From positions 192,001-256,000 of the forward strand of contig CAXXNO010000012.1 in assembly GCA_963663235.2 (NCBI GenBank): DNA of 64,000 bases, in the 5' to 3' direction. The stretch comes from Dehalococcoidia bacterium. Its GTDB lineage: Bacteria > Chloroflexota > Dehalococcoidia > Bin125. A program made the translations under genes and the position numbers. The notes under the pieces were generated by a model. The model worked only from the letters and a program-made list of their open reading frames with translations, did not search any database and was not told the origin of the DNA. Shown here piece by piece: positions 1 to 9,872 of this stretch (position 1 is the first letter of the stretch; every line of letters starts with the position of its first letter).

Positions 1-132
1 AGCTCGTGAGCACAGGCGTCGTGAGCTAGGACGTCAGCGGTCCGTTGTAAGACGACGCGGGCGATCGAGCGCGCCCGCCTCAGCACTCAGGCTCCTCCAC
101 GGGGCTCCCTTCGGTGGGCGGGGGTCAAGGAG

Positions 133-1371
133 TTGATCATGACCACGGGCGCGCTGACAGGCATCAAAGTCCTCGACACCGGCCGCTACGTGCTGGGGCC
201 GCTGGCCGGGGTGATGCTGGGCGACCTGGGAGCGGACGTCGTCAAGATCGAGGAACCGCTGGGCGATCCGTCGCGCGCGATCACGGACGTCAGCGGCGTT
301 GACGTCAGTCTGCCCGACGGTGGTAGTTCCATGTTCGAGATCATGAACCGGAACAAGCGCTCTCTCGCTCTCGACTTGGGGCGAGAGGAAGGGCGGCAAC
401 TGCTGCGCGACCTGGCTCGCGTGACCGACATTCTCATCGAGGACCCCGGGCCCGGCGGTCTCGACTTCGCCCAGCTGGGGCTCGACTACAAGGCGCTGTC
501 GGCGTCGAACCCGCGGCTGATCTACGGGGCGGCCAGCGCCTATGGCAGAAAAGGACCGGATGCGGGCCGGCCGATCCTCGATCCGCTGATCCAGGCGCGC
601 TCGGGCCTGATGTGGTCCGGCGGCGGTCCCGGCGACCCGCCCAACTGGAGCAGCATGGGAACTGCGGACGTCATGGGCGGGCAAACGTTGGCGTACGGGC
701 TGGTGGCCGCTATCGCCGCGCGGGAGCGAACCGGCCAGGGCCAGCGGGTGGACGTGTCGGAGCTGATGGCATCGCTGTGGTTGCAGTACTGGGCCATAGA
801 GGTGTGCGTCCTCAACCACCTGCCAGAATGGGCCCGCTTCGATCGGAAGAGCGTCGGCAACCCCCTCTGGAACTTCTACGAGTGCGCCGACGGTGAATGG
901 ATCTCCTTGGGGATGATCGACTCGGAACGGGACTGGGAGCCATTCTGTCGGATCATGGAGTTGCCACATCTCATCGACGACCCGCGCTCCCGCACCGTCG
1001 AAGCGCGAATCGAGAACGCGGCCGTCCTGATCGAGGAGTTGGATCGTCGCTTCGCGGCCGAGACGCGCCCCGAGTGGGAGCGACGGATCGGCGCCAACCC
1101 CAACCTCATCTACACGCGGGTCCAGCGGATCGGGGACCTCCCCACCGACCCGGCCGTGCAGGCCAACGAGTACCTGGTGGACGTGGACCATCCGCGCTAC
1201 GGACCGACGAAGATGCTCAACCACCCGGTGACGCTGAAGGCGACACCGGCCGCTATCCGGCGGACGGCGCCGGGTTTGGGAGAGCACAGCGCCGAGATCC
1301 TCCAGGAGTGGCTGGGCCTGGGAGAGGACCGGATCGCCGGGTTGCGCAGCGACGCCGTCATTACGGCCTGA
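133..1371 (+). CDS. CaiB/BaiF family (class III) CoA-transferase
   Basis: ALTGIKVLD, GPLAGVMLGDLGADVVKIE, NRNKRSLALDL and APGLGEHS motifs; start TTG 133 or ATG 139. Confidence 0.92.
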   Translation: MIMTTGALTGIKVLDTGRYVLGPLAGVMLGDLGADVVKIEEPLGDPSRAITDVSGVDVSLPDGGSSMFEIMNRNKRSLALDLGREEGRQLLRDLARVTDILIEDPGPGGLDFAQLGLDYKALSASNPRLIYGAASAYGRKGPDAGRPILDPLIQARSGLMWSGGGPGDPPNWSSMGTADVMGGQTLAYGLVAAIAARERTGQGQRVDVSELMASLWLQYWAIEVCVLNHLPEWARFDRKSVGNPLWNFYECADGEWISLGMIDSERDWEPFCRIMELPHLIDDPRSRTVEARIENAAVLIEELDRRFAAETRPEWERRIGANPNLIYTRVQRIGDLPTDPAVQANEYLVDVDHPRYGPTKMLNHPVTLKATPAAIRRTAPGLGEHSAEILQEWLGLGEDRIAGLRSDAVITA

Positions 1372-1529
1372 GCGACCGTCCCCTTCGTTGACCATCGCAC
1401 GTCCAGCGCCGTCCATCGGCCGCACAAGCCGTCGATCCTTCCCGGGACGTCGTTGCGTGCCACCCGGAGGGATCGAGCCGTTGCGATACACTGAGGCTGG
1501 TCCATCCCGGCACCAATGAAAGCGAATCC

Positions 1530-3050
1530 ATGGCCGACGCCCCCACGATCCTCGACTTGCTCCAGAGCGCCGACGGTGACGCGCCCGCGATCGGAGCGCC
1601 CGGCCGGCGATCGCTGACCTTTGATGGGCTGCGAGCCCACATCGCGCGGGTAGTCGAGACGCTGAACGGCTTCGGGCTGGGCCGGGGCGACCGCGTGGCG
1701 ATCGTGCTGCCCAACGGCCCGGAGATGGCCGCCGCCTTCCTGTCCGTGGCCGCGGGGGCGACGACCGCGCCACTCAACCCCGCCTGCCGCCGCGAGGAGT
1801 TCGAGTTCTACCTCTCCGACCTCGACGCGTCGGGAGTGATCGTGGAGGCGGGGTCCGCGTCGCCGGCTATCGCGGTGGCGCGCGAACGAGGCGTACCCGT
1901 CATCCAGCTCACGCCCCTTACGGATGGGGAAGCCGGGCGCTTCGAGCTCTCGGCGGATCGGCGCGGCGCACCGTCGAGCGGTGGTTACGCGGAGACGGAC
2001 GACGTCGCGCTCATGCTGCACACGTCCGGCACTACGTCACGGCCGAAACTGGTGCCGCTGCGGCATCGCAACCTGTGCGCGTCGGCGCGGCATATCCGCG
2101 AGACGCTTGACCTCCGCGCGGAGGATCGCTGCCTCAACATCATGCCGCTGTTTCACATCCACGGCCTCGTGGCGGCGGTGCTGTCCACCCTCGCGGCCGG
2201 CGGCAGCGTGTCCTGCAGCCCGGGCTTCGACGCGTTCAAGTTCTTCGACTGGATGTCAGCGGCGCAGCCGACCTGGTACACGGCGGTCCCGACGATGCAC
2301 CAAGCGATCTGCGCCCGCGCGGGGCGCCAGGCCGAGGTCATCGCCGCGAACCCCTTGCGCTTTATCCGCTCGTCCTCGGCATCCCTCCCCCCGAGTGCGA
2401 TGGGCGATCTGGAGAAGATGTTTCACGCCCCCGTCATCGAGAGCTACGGCATGACCGAAGCGGCGCACCAAATGACGTCCAACCCTCTGCCGCCAAGGGC
2501 GCGCAAGCCCGGCACAGTCGGCCCGGCGGCGGGACCCGAGGTCGCCATCATGGACGAAGCAGGCCGCCTGCAGCCGCCCGGCGCGACCGGCGAAGTAGTC
2601 ATCCGCGGCGCGAACGTGACGTTGGGCTACGAGCACAGTCCGGAGGCGAACGCGAGCGCCTTCAGCGATGGCTGGTTTCGCACGGGCGATGAAGGAGTGT
2701 TCGACGCGGACGGCTACCTCACCATCACCGGCCGCCTGAAGGAGATCATCAATCGCGGCGGCGAGAAGATCAGCCCGCGCGAAGTGGACGAGGCGCTGCT
2801 CGCGCACCCGGCCGTCGCGCAGGCGGTGGCGTTCGCCGTGCCTCACGACACACTGGGCGAGGACGTAGCGGCGGCGGTGGTCCTCCGGGAGGGGCACGAC
2901 GCCAGCGTGCAAGAGATCCGCTCCGTCGCGGCCGAGCGTGTCGTCGCGTTCAAGGTTCCACGACGGATCGTCATCGTGGACGAGATCCCGAAGGGCGCGA
3001 CCGGCAAGCTGCAACGGATCGGCCTGGCGAAGCAGCTCGGGCTAGCGTAA
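1530..3050 (+). CDS. Acyl-CoA synthetase, oxalate--CoA ligase (Oxs/AAE3)-like
   Basis: LHTSGTTSRPK, MPLFHIHGL, YTAVPTMHQ, ESYGMTEAAHQMTSNPLPP and PKGATGK motifs. Confidence 0.88.
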   Translation: MADAPTILDLLQSADGDAPAIGAPGRRSLTFDGLRAHIARVVETLNGFGLGRGDRVAIVLPNGPEMAAAFLSVAAGATTAPLNPACRREEFEFYLSDLDASGVIVEAGSASPAIAVARERGVPVIQLTPLTDGEAGRFELSADRRGAPSSGGYAETDDVALMLHTSGTTSRPKLVPLRHRNLCASARHIRETLDLRAEDRCLNIMPLFHIHGLVAAVLSTLAAGGSVSCSPGFDAFKFFDWMSAAQPTWYTAVPTMHQAICARAGRQAEVIAANPLRFIRSSSASLPPSAMGDLEKMFHAPVIESYGMTEAAHQMTSNPLPPRARKPGTVGPAAGPEVAIMDEAGRLQPPGATGEVVIRGANVTLGYEHSPEANASAFSDGWFRTGDEGVFDADGYLTITGRLKEIINRGGEKISPREVDEALLAHPAVAQAVAFAVPHDTLGEDVAAAVVLREGHDASVQEIRSVAAERVVAFKVPRRIVIVDEIPKGATGKLQRIGLAKQLGLA

Positions 3051-4030
3051 TGCGGATCTGCATCTACGGCGCCGGGGCCATCGGCGGATACATCGGCGCG
3101 CTGCTGGCCCGCTCCGGCGTCGATGTCACCCTCATCGCCCGAGGCCCACACTTGGCCGCCATGCGAGAGCGCGGCTTGACTCTGCGCATCGGCGGCGAGG
3201 AGATCATCACGCACCCCCGCTGCACCGATGACCCCGAAGAGGCGGGCCCGCAAGACTATGTCATCGTCACGCTCAAGGCGCACTCGGCGCCGGGCGTCGT
3301 AGAGCGGATGCAGCCGTTGCTGGCGCCGGAGACGGCCGTTGTCACGGCCATGAACGGCCTCCCCTGGTGGTACTTCTACGGGCTCGACGGCCCCTACCGC
3401 GACCGCCAACTGGAATGCTTAGATCCCAGCGGCAAGCAGTGGCGGGGGATTGGACCGGAGCGGGCCATCGGCGCCGTGCTCTGGCAATCGTGCGAACTCG
3501 TGGAGCCGGGCGTGGTGCTGCACGTCGAGGGGAACCGCATGACGATTGGAGAGCCCGACGGCGAACGTTCCGATCGCGCCGTGGCTCTCAGCAAAGCGTT
3601 GACCGCCGCCGGGTTGAAGGCGCCGGTGCACCGCAACATCCGCAACGAGATCTGGCTGAAGCTGTGGGGCAACCTCTCGTTCAACCCGATCAGCGCCTTG
3701 ACGCACGCCACGCTGGAGAGCATCGCCCGCGACCCGGGCACGCGCGCCGCCGTGCGCTCGATGATGGAGGAGAGCCGGGCCGTGGCCGAGAACCTGGGCG
3801 TCGAGTTCGCGATGAGCTTGGAGGAGCGGATCAAGACGGCCGAGAACGTCGGCGCGCACAAGACTTCTATGCTGCAAGACCTAGAACAAGGGCGGCCGAT
3901 GGAGATCGACGCCCTGGTCGGCGTCGTGAGCGAGTTGGGCCGCCTCGTGAGTGTCCCGACCCCCACCATCGACGTCGTCTACGCGCTGATCGTGCAGCGC
4001 GCCCGCGAAGCGGGATGCTACCCCCCGTAG
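3050..4030 (+). CDS. Ketopantoate reductase family protein (PanE2/oxalyl-CoA reductase-like)
   Basis: IYGAGAIGG Rossmann motif, WLKLWGN, HKTSMLQD; TAATG coupling to the upstream ligase. Confidence 0.88.
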   Translation: MRICIYGAGAIGGYIGALLARSGVDVTLIARGPHLAAMRERGLTLRIGGEEIITHPRCTDDPEEAGPQDYVIVTLKAHSAPGVVERMQPLLAPETAVVTAMNGLPWWYFYGLDGPYRDRQLECLDPSGKQWRGIGPERAIGAVLWQSCELVEPGVVLHVEGNRMTIGEPDGERSDRAVALSKALTAAGLKAPVHRNIRNEIWLKLWGNLSFNPISALTHATLESIARDPGTRAAVRSMMEESRAVAENLGVEFAMSLEERIKTAENVGAHKTSMLQDLEQGRPMEIDALVGVVSELGRLVSVPTPTIDVVYALIVQRAREAGCYPP

Positions 4031-4090
4031 GCACCCGGGACCACGATCACGAGTTCGCGGCGTAGCCGATAACCCCAAGGGCGACGGGGC

Positions 4091-4933
4091 TCAGGGCGCG
4101 GCTGCCAAGCCGTCGAGAAAGGCTTGAATCTCGACGGCGAGCGGTTGCGGCTCCTCGTCCACGAGGTATGCGCCGCCCGGCACGGTCACGCACTTCGCGT
4201 CGGGCCGCGCGTCGCACGCGGGCTGCAGGTAGGGATAGAGGATGTCGCGCTCGCCGCAGAGCAGCAGGATGGGACACCGCACACGCGCCAGGGCCGCGGG
4301 GAGGTCATGGTCGAACACGGCCAGGACGGCCTCGTGGTAGAGCTCGCCCGCGGAGAGGTTATCGACGGTGTCGCGATGAATGATGGCGGGCGCGGCCTGG
4401 GGATCGATGTCCTGGAGACGCTTCCAGATCGCCGTCAGATGGCTGCCGTCGGGCTGGATGATCATGGGACCAACGCTCACATTGCGGAAATCCGCACGCT
4501 TCTCCGCAGCGCCGGTGACCTTGCTCTTCCACTGCGCCCGCTCCTCCGCGTTGGCGTAGGGCGGGCCGCAGAGCATGATGCTCTCGACCCGTTCGGGGGC
4601 CACCACGGCCATCTCGCAAGCGATGGAGGCGCCGGTGTGGAAGCCGAAGGCGTGAAAGCGATCAACGCCGAGGTCCTGGAGCGCCTCCAGCAGCGCAGCG
4701 GCGTAGTACCCGACCGTGGGGTCCGGCGGAGGGAAATCGGACTGGCCGAAGCCGGGTGTGTCCGGGGCGACCATCCGATAGTGCCCTTGGAGAATCTCCA
4801 TGAGCGACTGATACATGGCCGAGGAGCCGGCGGTCTGGTGGAGGAGGACCAGCGGCGCACCCGGACCCTTGCCGCCGAGGCGGTAGTGGATCTGGCCGTC
4901 CGCCCAGTCGACGTAGTCCCGCGTGATGGCCAT
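4091..4933 (-). CDS. Alpha/beta fold hydrolase
   Basis: LVLLHQT, APDTPGFGQSD, and GFHTGA at the nucleophile elbow. Confidence 0.85.
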   Translation of the reverse strand: MAITRDYVDWADGQIHYRLGGKGPGAPLVLLHQTAGSSAMYQSLMEILQGHYRMVAPDTPGFGQSDFPPPDPTVGYYAAALLEALQDLGVDRFHAFGFHTGASIACEMAVVAPERVESIMLCGPPYANAEERAQWKSKVTGAAEKRADFRNVSVGPMIIQPDGSHLTAIWKRLQDIDPQAAPAIIHRDTVDNLSAGELYHEAVLAVFDHDLPAALARVRCPILLLCGERDILYPYLQPACDARPDAKCVTVPGGAYLVDEEPQPLAVEIQAFLDGLAAAP

Positions 4934-5177
4934 CGATCGAGATCCTCGCAGTCGTGCTCACGATCTCTGCGCCGTCTCTCGCTCCCAGGGGTCGACGCCG
5001 ACCCGCGGCAGCCTATCACACGCGCGCGCGCCGACCGAGCCACCCCGTGAGCGGTTGTGGCTCCAGTGGTAGCGCGCTGCATGTTGCGCAGAAAGCCCCT
5101 GATCTACGCTGTGGTGACGACAGGCAACGTCCGACGCGCGCCGGCAGAGGCGCGGGTGGGTGAAGACGTGAGGGGCG

Positions 5178-6386
5178 ATGGAACTCGGCGTTGCCTCCGG
5201 GCTCGGCTCGGCGATCACCGTGGCGATCACCGCCATGTTCATCACGACCGAAGCGCGGCGCATCGACACGCTCTCGTTAGGGTTCCTGCGCGCCATCTGG
5301 GCGGGCGTCTTCTTCGCGGTCATGCTCGTCGCGCTGTCGTCGGTGGACGACCTGCTGGAGATGAGCTTCGACCAGATGTGGCCGCTGGCGGTCTCCGGCT
5401 TCCTGGCGTCGGGGAGCGGGGAGACGATCTACGCGGCAACGTTCTACTTGATGGGGATGGTCCGGGCGCTGCCCATCGTGATGGGGCTGCACATCCTCCT
5501 GGCGTTCGTGGGCTCCGCGATCTTCCTCGGGGAGACGGCGACGGTGGAGGCAGGCGCGGGCGCGGCGCTGGTGGTCGGCGGCGTCTACCTGGTCGCGATC
5601 CACGGGCACCCACGTCGCGAAGCGCCGAGCGCCAGCGCACCATCGCGGAGAGGCCGGAAACGATTTCGTCCCTGGGCGAAGACAGATCCGGTCGTCGAGC
5701 CGAGCGGCCTTGCGATCGAAGCAGCTGCCGCAACCAGTGTCAGCCGGCCATCGCCGGACGTGCGCGGCGGGGGCGGAGAGCTCCAACTGCCGATCCGCAC
5801 CCCCAGCGGGACGTATCCGTCGCCGACAAGCTCCCGAGTGGCAGAAGCAACGATCGTGGCGCCCGTCGCGGTGCCGTTGCTGTTCCTGGGCTCCGCCCGC
5901 CTGGGCTCCCTCTCGAAAACGGCCGTGAGGTCGCCGCTCATGCGTTGGATCCTCGCCCACCGGGTGGCCGTCGGGCTGGCGGTCGCCCTGCTCACCGGCA
6001 TCAATTTCGCGACCGCCAGCGTCATGCTGCGCGACGCCTCAGTCGACATCGATCCGGCGGCCGCGACCTTCGTGCGGACGCCGGGGATGATTGTCGTGCT
6101 CGGAATCGCGGCGCTGGCCTGGCCCAAGTCCAACCTGCGGCGCATGGATTTCAGCCGACGCAGCATGATCTCCGTGGCGATCATCGGACTGATCGGCACC
6201 GGCGGGGGCGCGTTCTTCTTCATCCCGGCGGTTCAGGAACTCGGCGCCGGGAAGGCCGCGGCGCTGGCCTCGTCCGGCCCGATTTTCGGCCTGCCACTGG
6301 CGCTGTTCTTCCTCCGGGAGCGCGTCACGATCTGGGGCGTGCTCGGAACGGCCGCCGCGGTGGCCGGCATCGTCGTGATGTCCTGA
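5178..6386 (+). CDS. DMT/EamA family transporter with long central loop
   Basis: Two hydrophobic EamA repeats (IFLGE..., FFLRERVT) separated by a Pro/Ser/Arg-rich linker. Confidence 0.85.
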   Translation: MELGVASGLGSAITVAITAMFITTEARRIDTLSLGFLRAIWAGVFFAVMLVALSSVDDLLEMSFDQMWPLAVSGFLASGSGETIYAATFYLMGMVRALPIVMGLHILLAFVGSAIFLGETATVEAGAGAALVVGGVYLVAIHGHPRREAPSASAPSRRGRKRFRPWAKTDPVVEPSGLAIEAAAATSVSRPSPDVRGGGGELQLPIRTPSGTYPSPTSSRVAEATIVAPVAVPLLFLGSARLGSLSKTAVRSPLMRWILAHRVAVGLAVALLTGINFATASVMLRDASVDIDPAAATFVRTPGMIVVLGIAALAWPKSNLRRMDFSRRSMISVAIIGLIGTGGGAFFFIPAVQELGAGKAAALASSGPIFGLPLALFFLRERVTIWGVLGTAAAVAGIVVMS

Positions 6387-6511
6387 CGGGCACAGCCGCG
6401 CGCAAGGATGCGCCGGGCGGCGGCGCTCGCAGTCGCCGAGGCATGACCGCCGACGGGCAGTCGCGTACCATCCTCGATAAGACAGGCCGACGCCCACGGA
6501 AGGGCCGACCC

Positions 6512-7714
6512 ATGCCAGAGCCGATGTCCGAGGACCAGACACACGATGCACCGCTGCCGCTGTCACACATCACGGTCATCGACCTGACGAGGTTTCGCGC
6601 CGGCCCCACCTGCGTGCGGCAACTGGCGGACATGGGCGCGGACGTCATCCAGGTGGCGACCCCACCGGAAGAGAACGACGTGTTCCGCGCGCAAGGATCC
6701 GACTACCAGAACCTGCATCGCAACAAGCGCTCGATCATCCTGGACTTGAAGAGCGAGCAGGGCGCGGACATCTTCACGCGGCTCGTGCAGCGCGCCGACG
6801 TCCTGGTGGAGAACTACCGCCCGGACGTGAAGCGTCGGCTGGGGATCGACTACGAGGCCGTGAGCCGGATCAACCCTCGGCTGATCTACGGCAGCATCTC
6901 CGGATTCGGCGAGGAGGGACCCTACCGCGACCGACCCGGCTACGACCAGATCGCACAAGGGTTGGGCGGTCTCATGTCGATCACCGGCGCGCCGGGGGAC
7001 GGGCCGATGCGCGTAGGGATTCCGGTCGCCGACCTCTCCGCCGGCCTGTTTCTGGCACAGGGCATCCTGGTCGCGCTCCTGGAGCGGGAGCGCTCGGGCC
7101 AGGGGCAGTGGGTCCGCACCTCACTGCTGCAAGCGATGATCCACATGCTCGACTTCCAGGCCACCCGCTGGCTCATCGACGGCGTCGACCCGCCGCAGGC
7201 GGGGAACGATCACCCCACGGCGTTCCCCACGGGCGCGTTTCGCGTGCGCGCCGGGAGCATCAACATCGCCGCGACCACGCAGTCGCAGTGGGAGCGGCTG
7301 TGTGAAGTGATCGCCGCGCCGGAGCTGATCGAGGACGCTCGCTTCGCAGGGCCGCGCGAGCGCTCGAAGAACCGGCGCGACCTGACGGCGGAACTGGAGC
7401 AGCGGATCCAGGCGGTCGAGGCGGAGGAGTTGATCGAGCGGCTGAACCAGGCCGGTGTCCCGGCCGGGCCGATCCTCAGCGTGCGTGAGGTGTTCGAGAA
7501 CGAGCAGGTGCGCGCGCTTCCGACCACCGCGACGGTCGATCACCACCAATTGGGCCGGCTGGAGATCCTCGGGATCCCGTTCGGGTTGTCGCGCACGCCG
7601 GGGGCGGTGCGGGCAGCGGCTCCGGACCCGGGACAGCACACCGATGAAATCCTGGCCGAGCTGGGGTACGCCGAAACCGAGCGATCCGCCCTCCGCGAGG
7701 CCGGCACGGTCTGA
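6512..7714 (+). CDS. CaiB/BaiF family CoA-transferase (formyl-CoA transferase-like)
   Basis: PLSHITVIDLT, LADMGADVI, HRNKRSIILDLK, GYDQIAQG; real start near 6512 inside the track ORF 5057-7714. Confidence 0.92.
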   Translation: MPEPMSEDQTHDAPLPLSHITVIDLTRFRAGPTCVRQLADMGADVIQVATPPEENDVFRAQGSDYQNLHRNKRSIILDLKSEQGADIFTRLVQRADVLVENYRPDVKRRLGIDYEAVSRINPRLIYGSISGFGEEGPYRDRPGYDQIAQGLGGLMSITGAPGDGPMRVGIPVADLSAGLFLAQGILVALLERERSGQGQWVRTSLLQAMIHMLDFQATRWLIDGVDPPQAGNDHPTAFPTGAFRVRAGSINIAATTQSQWERLCEVIAAPELIEDARFAGPRERSKNRRDLTAELEQRIQAVEAEELIERLNQAGVPAGPILSVREVFENEQVRALPTTATVDHHQLGRLEILGIPFGLSRTPGAVRAAAPDPGQHTDEILAELGYAETERSALREAGTV

Positions 7715-7717
7715 CGC

Positions 7718-8590
7718 TCAGGATTTCTGTGTGGCCAGGAACCCACCCCCGCTGCTCGCCGGCCGGGAGGCCCACTTCCCCGCCTCCACGGCGGTGAGGA
7801 AATCCAGCACCGTCCGGTTGAACAGGTCCGGCTCCTCCAGGTTCATGGCGTGACCGGTCTGGGGAAAGACCACGAGCCCGGCCCGCTCGATCCGGGTCTT
7901 CAAGAAGAGGGAGGGCTCCATGGCGGCGGCGTCCTCATCGCCCACCATGACGAGCGTCGGGACATCGAGAGCGCGGAGCCGCTCATCGAAGGCGTAGATG
8001 GGGGGGCGCCCGCCCTGCACGCCCCGCAGCGTGAGCGCCGACCCGAGGGGTGAATGGCCCGCCAGCAACGTGGCGAACTCCTCCCAGCCGGTGGGGTCCT
8101 TGCGCTGAAGCTGTATCCGAGTCGGGCCGACGGCGTAGGCCTTCATCGCATCCATGCCCTCGGCATCGATGCGATCCGCCAGCCGCGCGCACTCCGTACG
8201 GAAGCGGTCCGGATCGGTGCTGCCGGTCCCAGCGCCGGCGACGATCAACGCCCGAGCCATCTCCGGGTGGTCGAGTCCGAATTGGAGGGTGGTGGAGCCG
8301 CCCATCGAAAGGCCACCGACGAAGGCCTGCTCAATGGCGAGATGACGGAGCAGTTCGTAGAGGTCCGCCGCCGCCTGCTCTTGTGAATAGGCCTCGGGAT
8401 CGTCCGGGACGTCGGAGGGGGGATAGCCCCGGGCGTTATACGTGATGACGCGGTACCGACGCGAAAAGAAGCGGACCTGTGACTCCCAGCTCTCGCGGCT
8501 GCCGCCGAACTCATGACACAAGACCAAGGGGAAGCCGTCGCCGGCCTCCGCGTACTCAATGCTCACGCCGTTCAGCGTCGCTCGTGGCAT
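7718..8590 (-). CDS. Alpha/beta hydrolase
   Basis: HEFGG, GLSMGG nucleophile motif, GDED, GHAMNLEEP. Confidence 0.9.
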   Translation of the reverse strand: MPRATLNGVSIEYAEAGDGFPLVLCHEFGGSRESWESQVRFFSRRYRVITYNARGYPPSDVPDDPEAYSQEQAAADLYELLRHLAIEQAFVGGLSMGGSTTLQFGLDHPEMARALIVAGAGTGSTDPDRFRTECARLADRIDAEGMDAMKAYAVGPTRIQLQRKDPTGWEEFATLLAGHSPLGSALTLRGVQGGRPPIYAFDERLRALDVPTLVMVGDEDAAAMEPSLFLKTRIERAGLVVFPQTGHAMNLEEPDLFNRTVLDFLTAVEAGKWASRPASSGGGFLATQKS

Positions 8591-8671
8591 GACACGCCTC
8601 ACTCTCCGCGCTGTTCGAGCAGTATACGGATCGGCGGCGGCGGACGAACGCCTGGGCCGCAGTTCCCGCGC

Positions 8672-9688
8672 TCAGGCGATCAGGGCGACACCGCCTACCG
8701 CGACCACCGTCCCCACGACCATCCAGACCGTCAGACGCTCTCTGAGGAAGATGGCGGCCAGCGGCAGCCCGAACACCGGCGAGGTGGCGAAGATGGTGGA
8801 GGCGGGGCCCGCGCCGATGCGCTGCAGCGCGAAGACGAAGAGGATGCCCGCCATGCCGATGGAGATCATCCCGGAGATGCCCACCAGGATCACGCTGCGC
8901 CGCGAGAGAGCGCGGCGATGCAGGGTCGTGTTGCGCGGAACCGAGGCGATGACGAGCAGGATGACGGCGACTACCGGCACGCGCACTCCGTGCACCGCCG
9001 CGGGCTCGAACCCTTCGGAGACGCCGCGCAGCCAGACGCTCTCGCCGGCCCAGGCCAAGGCGACGCCCGTGGCCAGCAGCAGCCCCAGCGCCAGGCGCGG
9101 GACCTCCAGGCCGACCAGCGGAATCCGCACCCGCGCGAGCCGGGGCGCAGGGAGGGCGGCTTCAGCGTCCAGCGTGGCCCCGGCGATGGGCGGACGCTTC
9201 GCCCGGCCGAGCCGAAGGAGGCGCGGCAGGCCACCCGCCGGACCGTCGGAGCCGGGCTGCGCCCGGCCGTACAGCACCACCACGCTTATGCCCGCGATCA
9301 CCAGCACCGACCCCAAGGCGACCTGCCAGCCGATGGATTCGCCAAGGAAGATGACGGAGAGGAAGTAGGCGAAGAAGCTCAACAAGCCCATGACCGTGGG
9401 AAAGGCGCGGGTCACGCCCAGCAGCGCGACGGCGCCAATAAAGAGCGGCTCGCCGAGGATCATCGCCAGGGCGGCCGTGCCGATGAACTGGAGGATGTGC
9501 CCGGCCTCCATGCGCCCGATTTCGCTGTAGGAGCCGAGCACGAACAGCGCCGCGATCAGGAACAGCGCCCCAGCGGCGGTCCGCATGGCGGCCATGGAGA
9601 TCGGATCGATCCGGCTGGTCTGGGAAGCAACAAGGGTGGTGGAGACGGCGAAATTGAAGGCGGTCCCAAGGGCCGCCAGCACCGCCAC
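8672..9688 (-). CDS. DMT/EamA family transporter (paralog of 5178-6386)
   Basis: IFLGE, SPVFGLPLAAIFLRERLT and the same central loop architecture. Confidence 0.85.
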   Translation of the reverse strand: MAVLAALGTAFNFAVSTTLVASQTSRIDPISMAAMRTAAGALFLIAALFVLGSYSEIGRMEAGHILQFIGTAALAMILGEPLFIGAVALLGVTRAFPTVMGLLSFFAYFLSVIFLGESIGWQVALGSVLVIAGISVVVLYGRAQPGSDGPAGGLPRLLRLGRAKRPPIAGATLDAEAALPAPRLARVRIPLVGLEVPRLALGLLLATGVALAWAGESVWLRGVSEGFEPAAVHGVRVPVVAVILLVIASVPRNTTLHRRALSRRSVILVGISGMISIGMAGILFVFALQRIGAGPASTIFATSPVFGLPLAAIFLRERLTVWMVVGTVVAVGGVALIA

Positions 9689-9872
9689 GCTTACGATCCG
9701 CGGACGAGAAGAGAGTCTGCAATCGCCAGCATGGGCTTATCCTAGAGGGCCGGTGGAACTCGAGGGGGTGGCGACAAGGGGCCGATCCTAATTGACGCCG
9801 ATGCGATACTGAGGCGCCACCGGCATAGGACGAGAACGGCCCGAGCGGTCGTCGGCGAACTGGAGGAGAACT

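Noticed and set aside
34-1773. Long antisense and alternate-frame ORFs (also 5057-6511, 29612-31765, 38547-39365, 45038-46588, 51413-52099)
   Set aside because: Shadow ORFs typical of high-GC DNA; they overlap well-supported genes and are Arg/Ala/Gly/Pro-rich without motifs.
6384-6413. EamA stop TGA followed at +14 by GCGCA-AGGA-TGCGC, resembling the SECIS pattern
   Set aside because: The TGA is at the natural family C-terminus (the paralog ends at the same place), there is no Cys-type motif and the extension looks non-conserved. It shows that such hairpins can arise by chance in GC-rich DNA.
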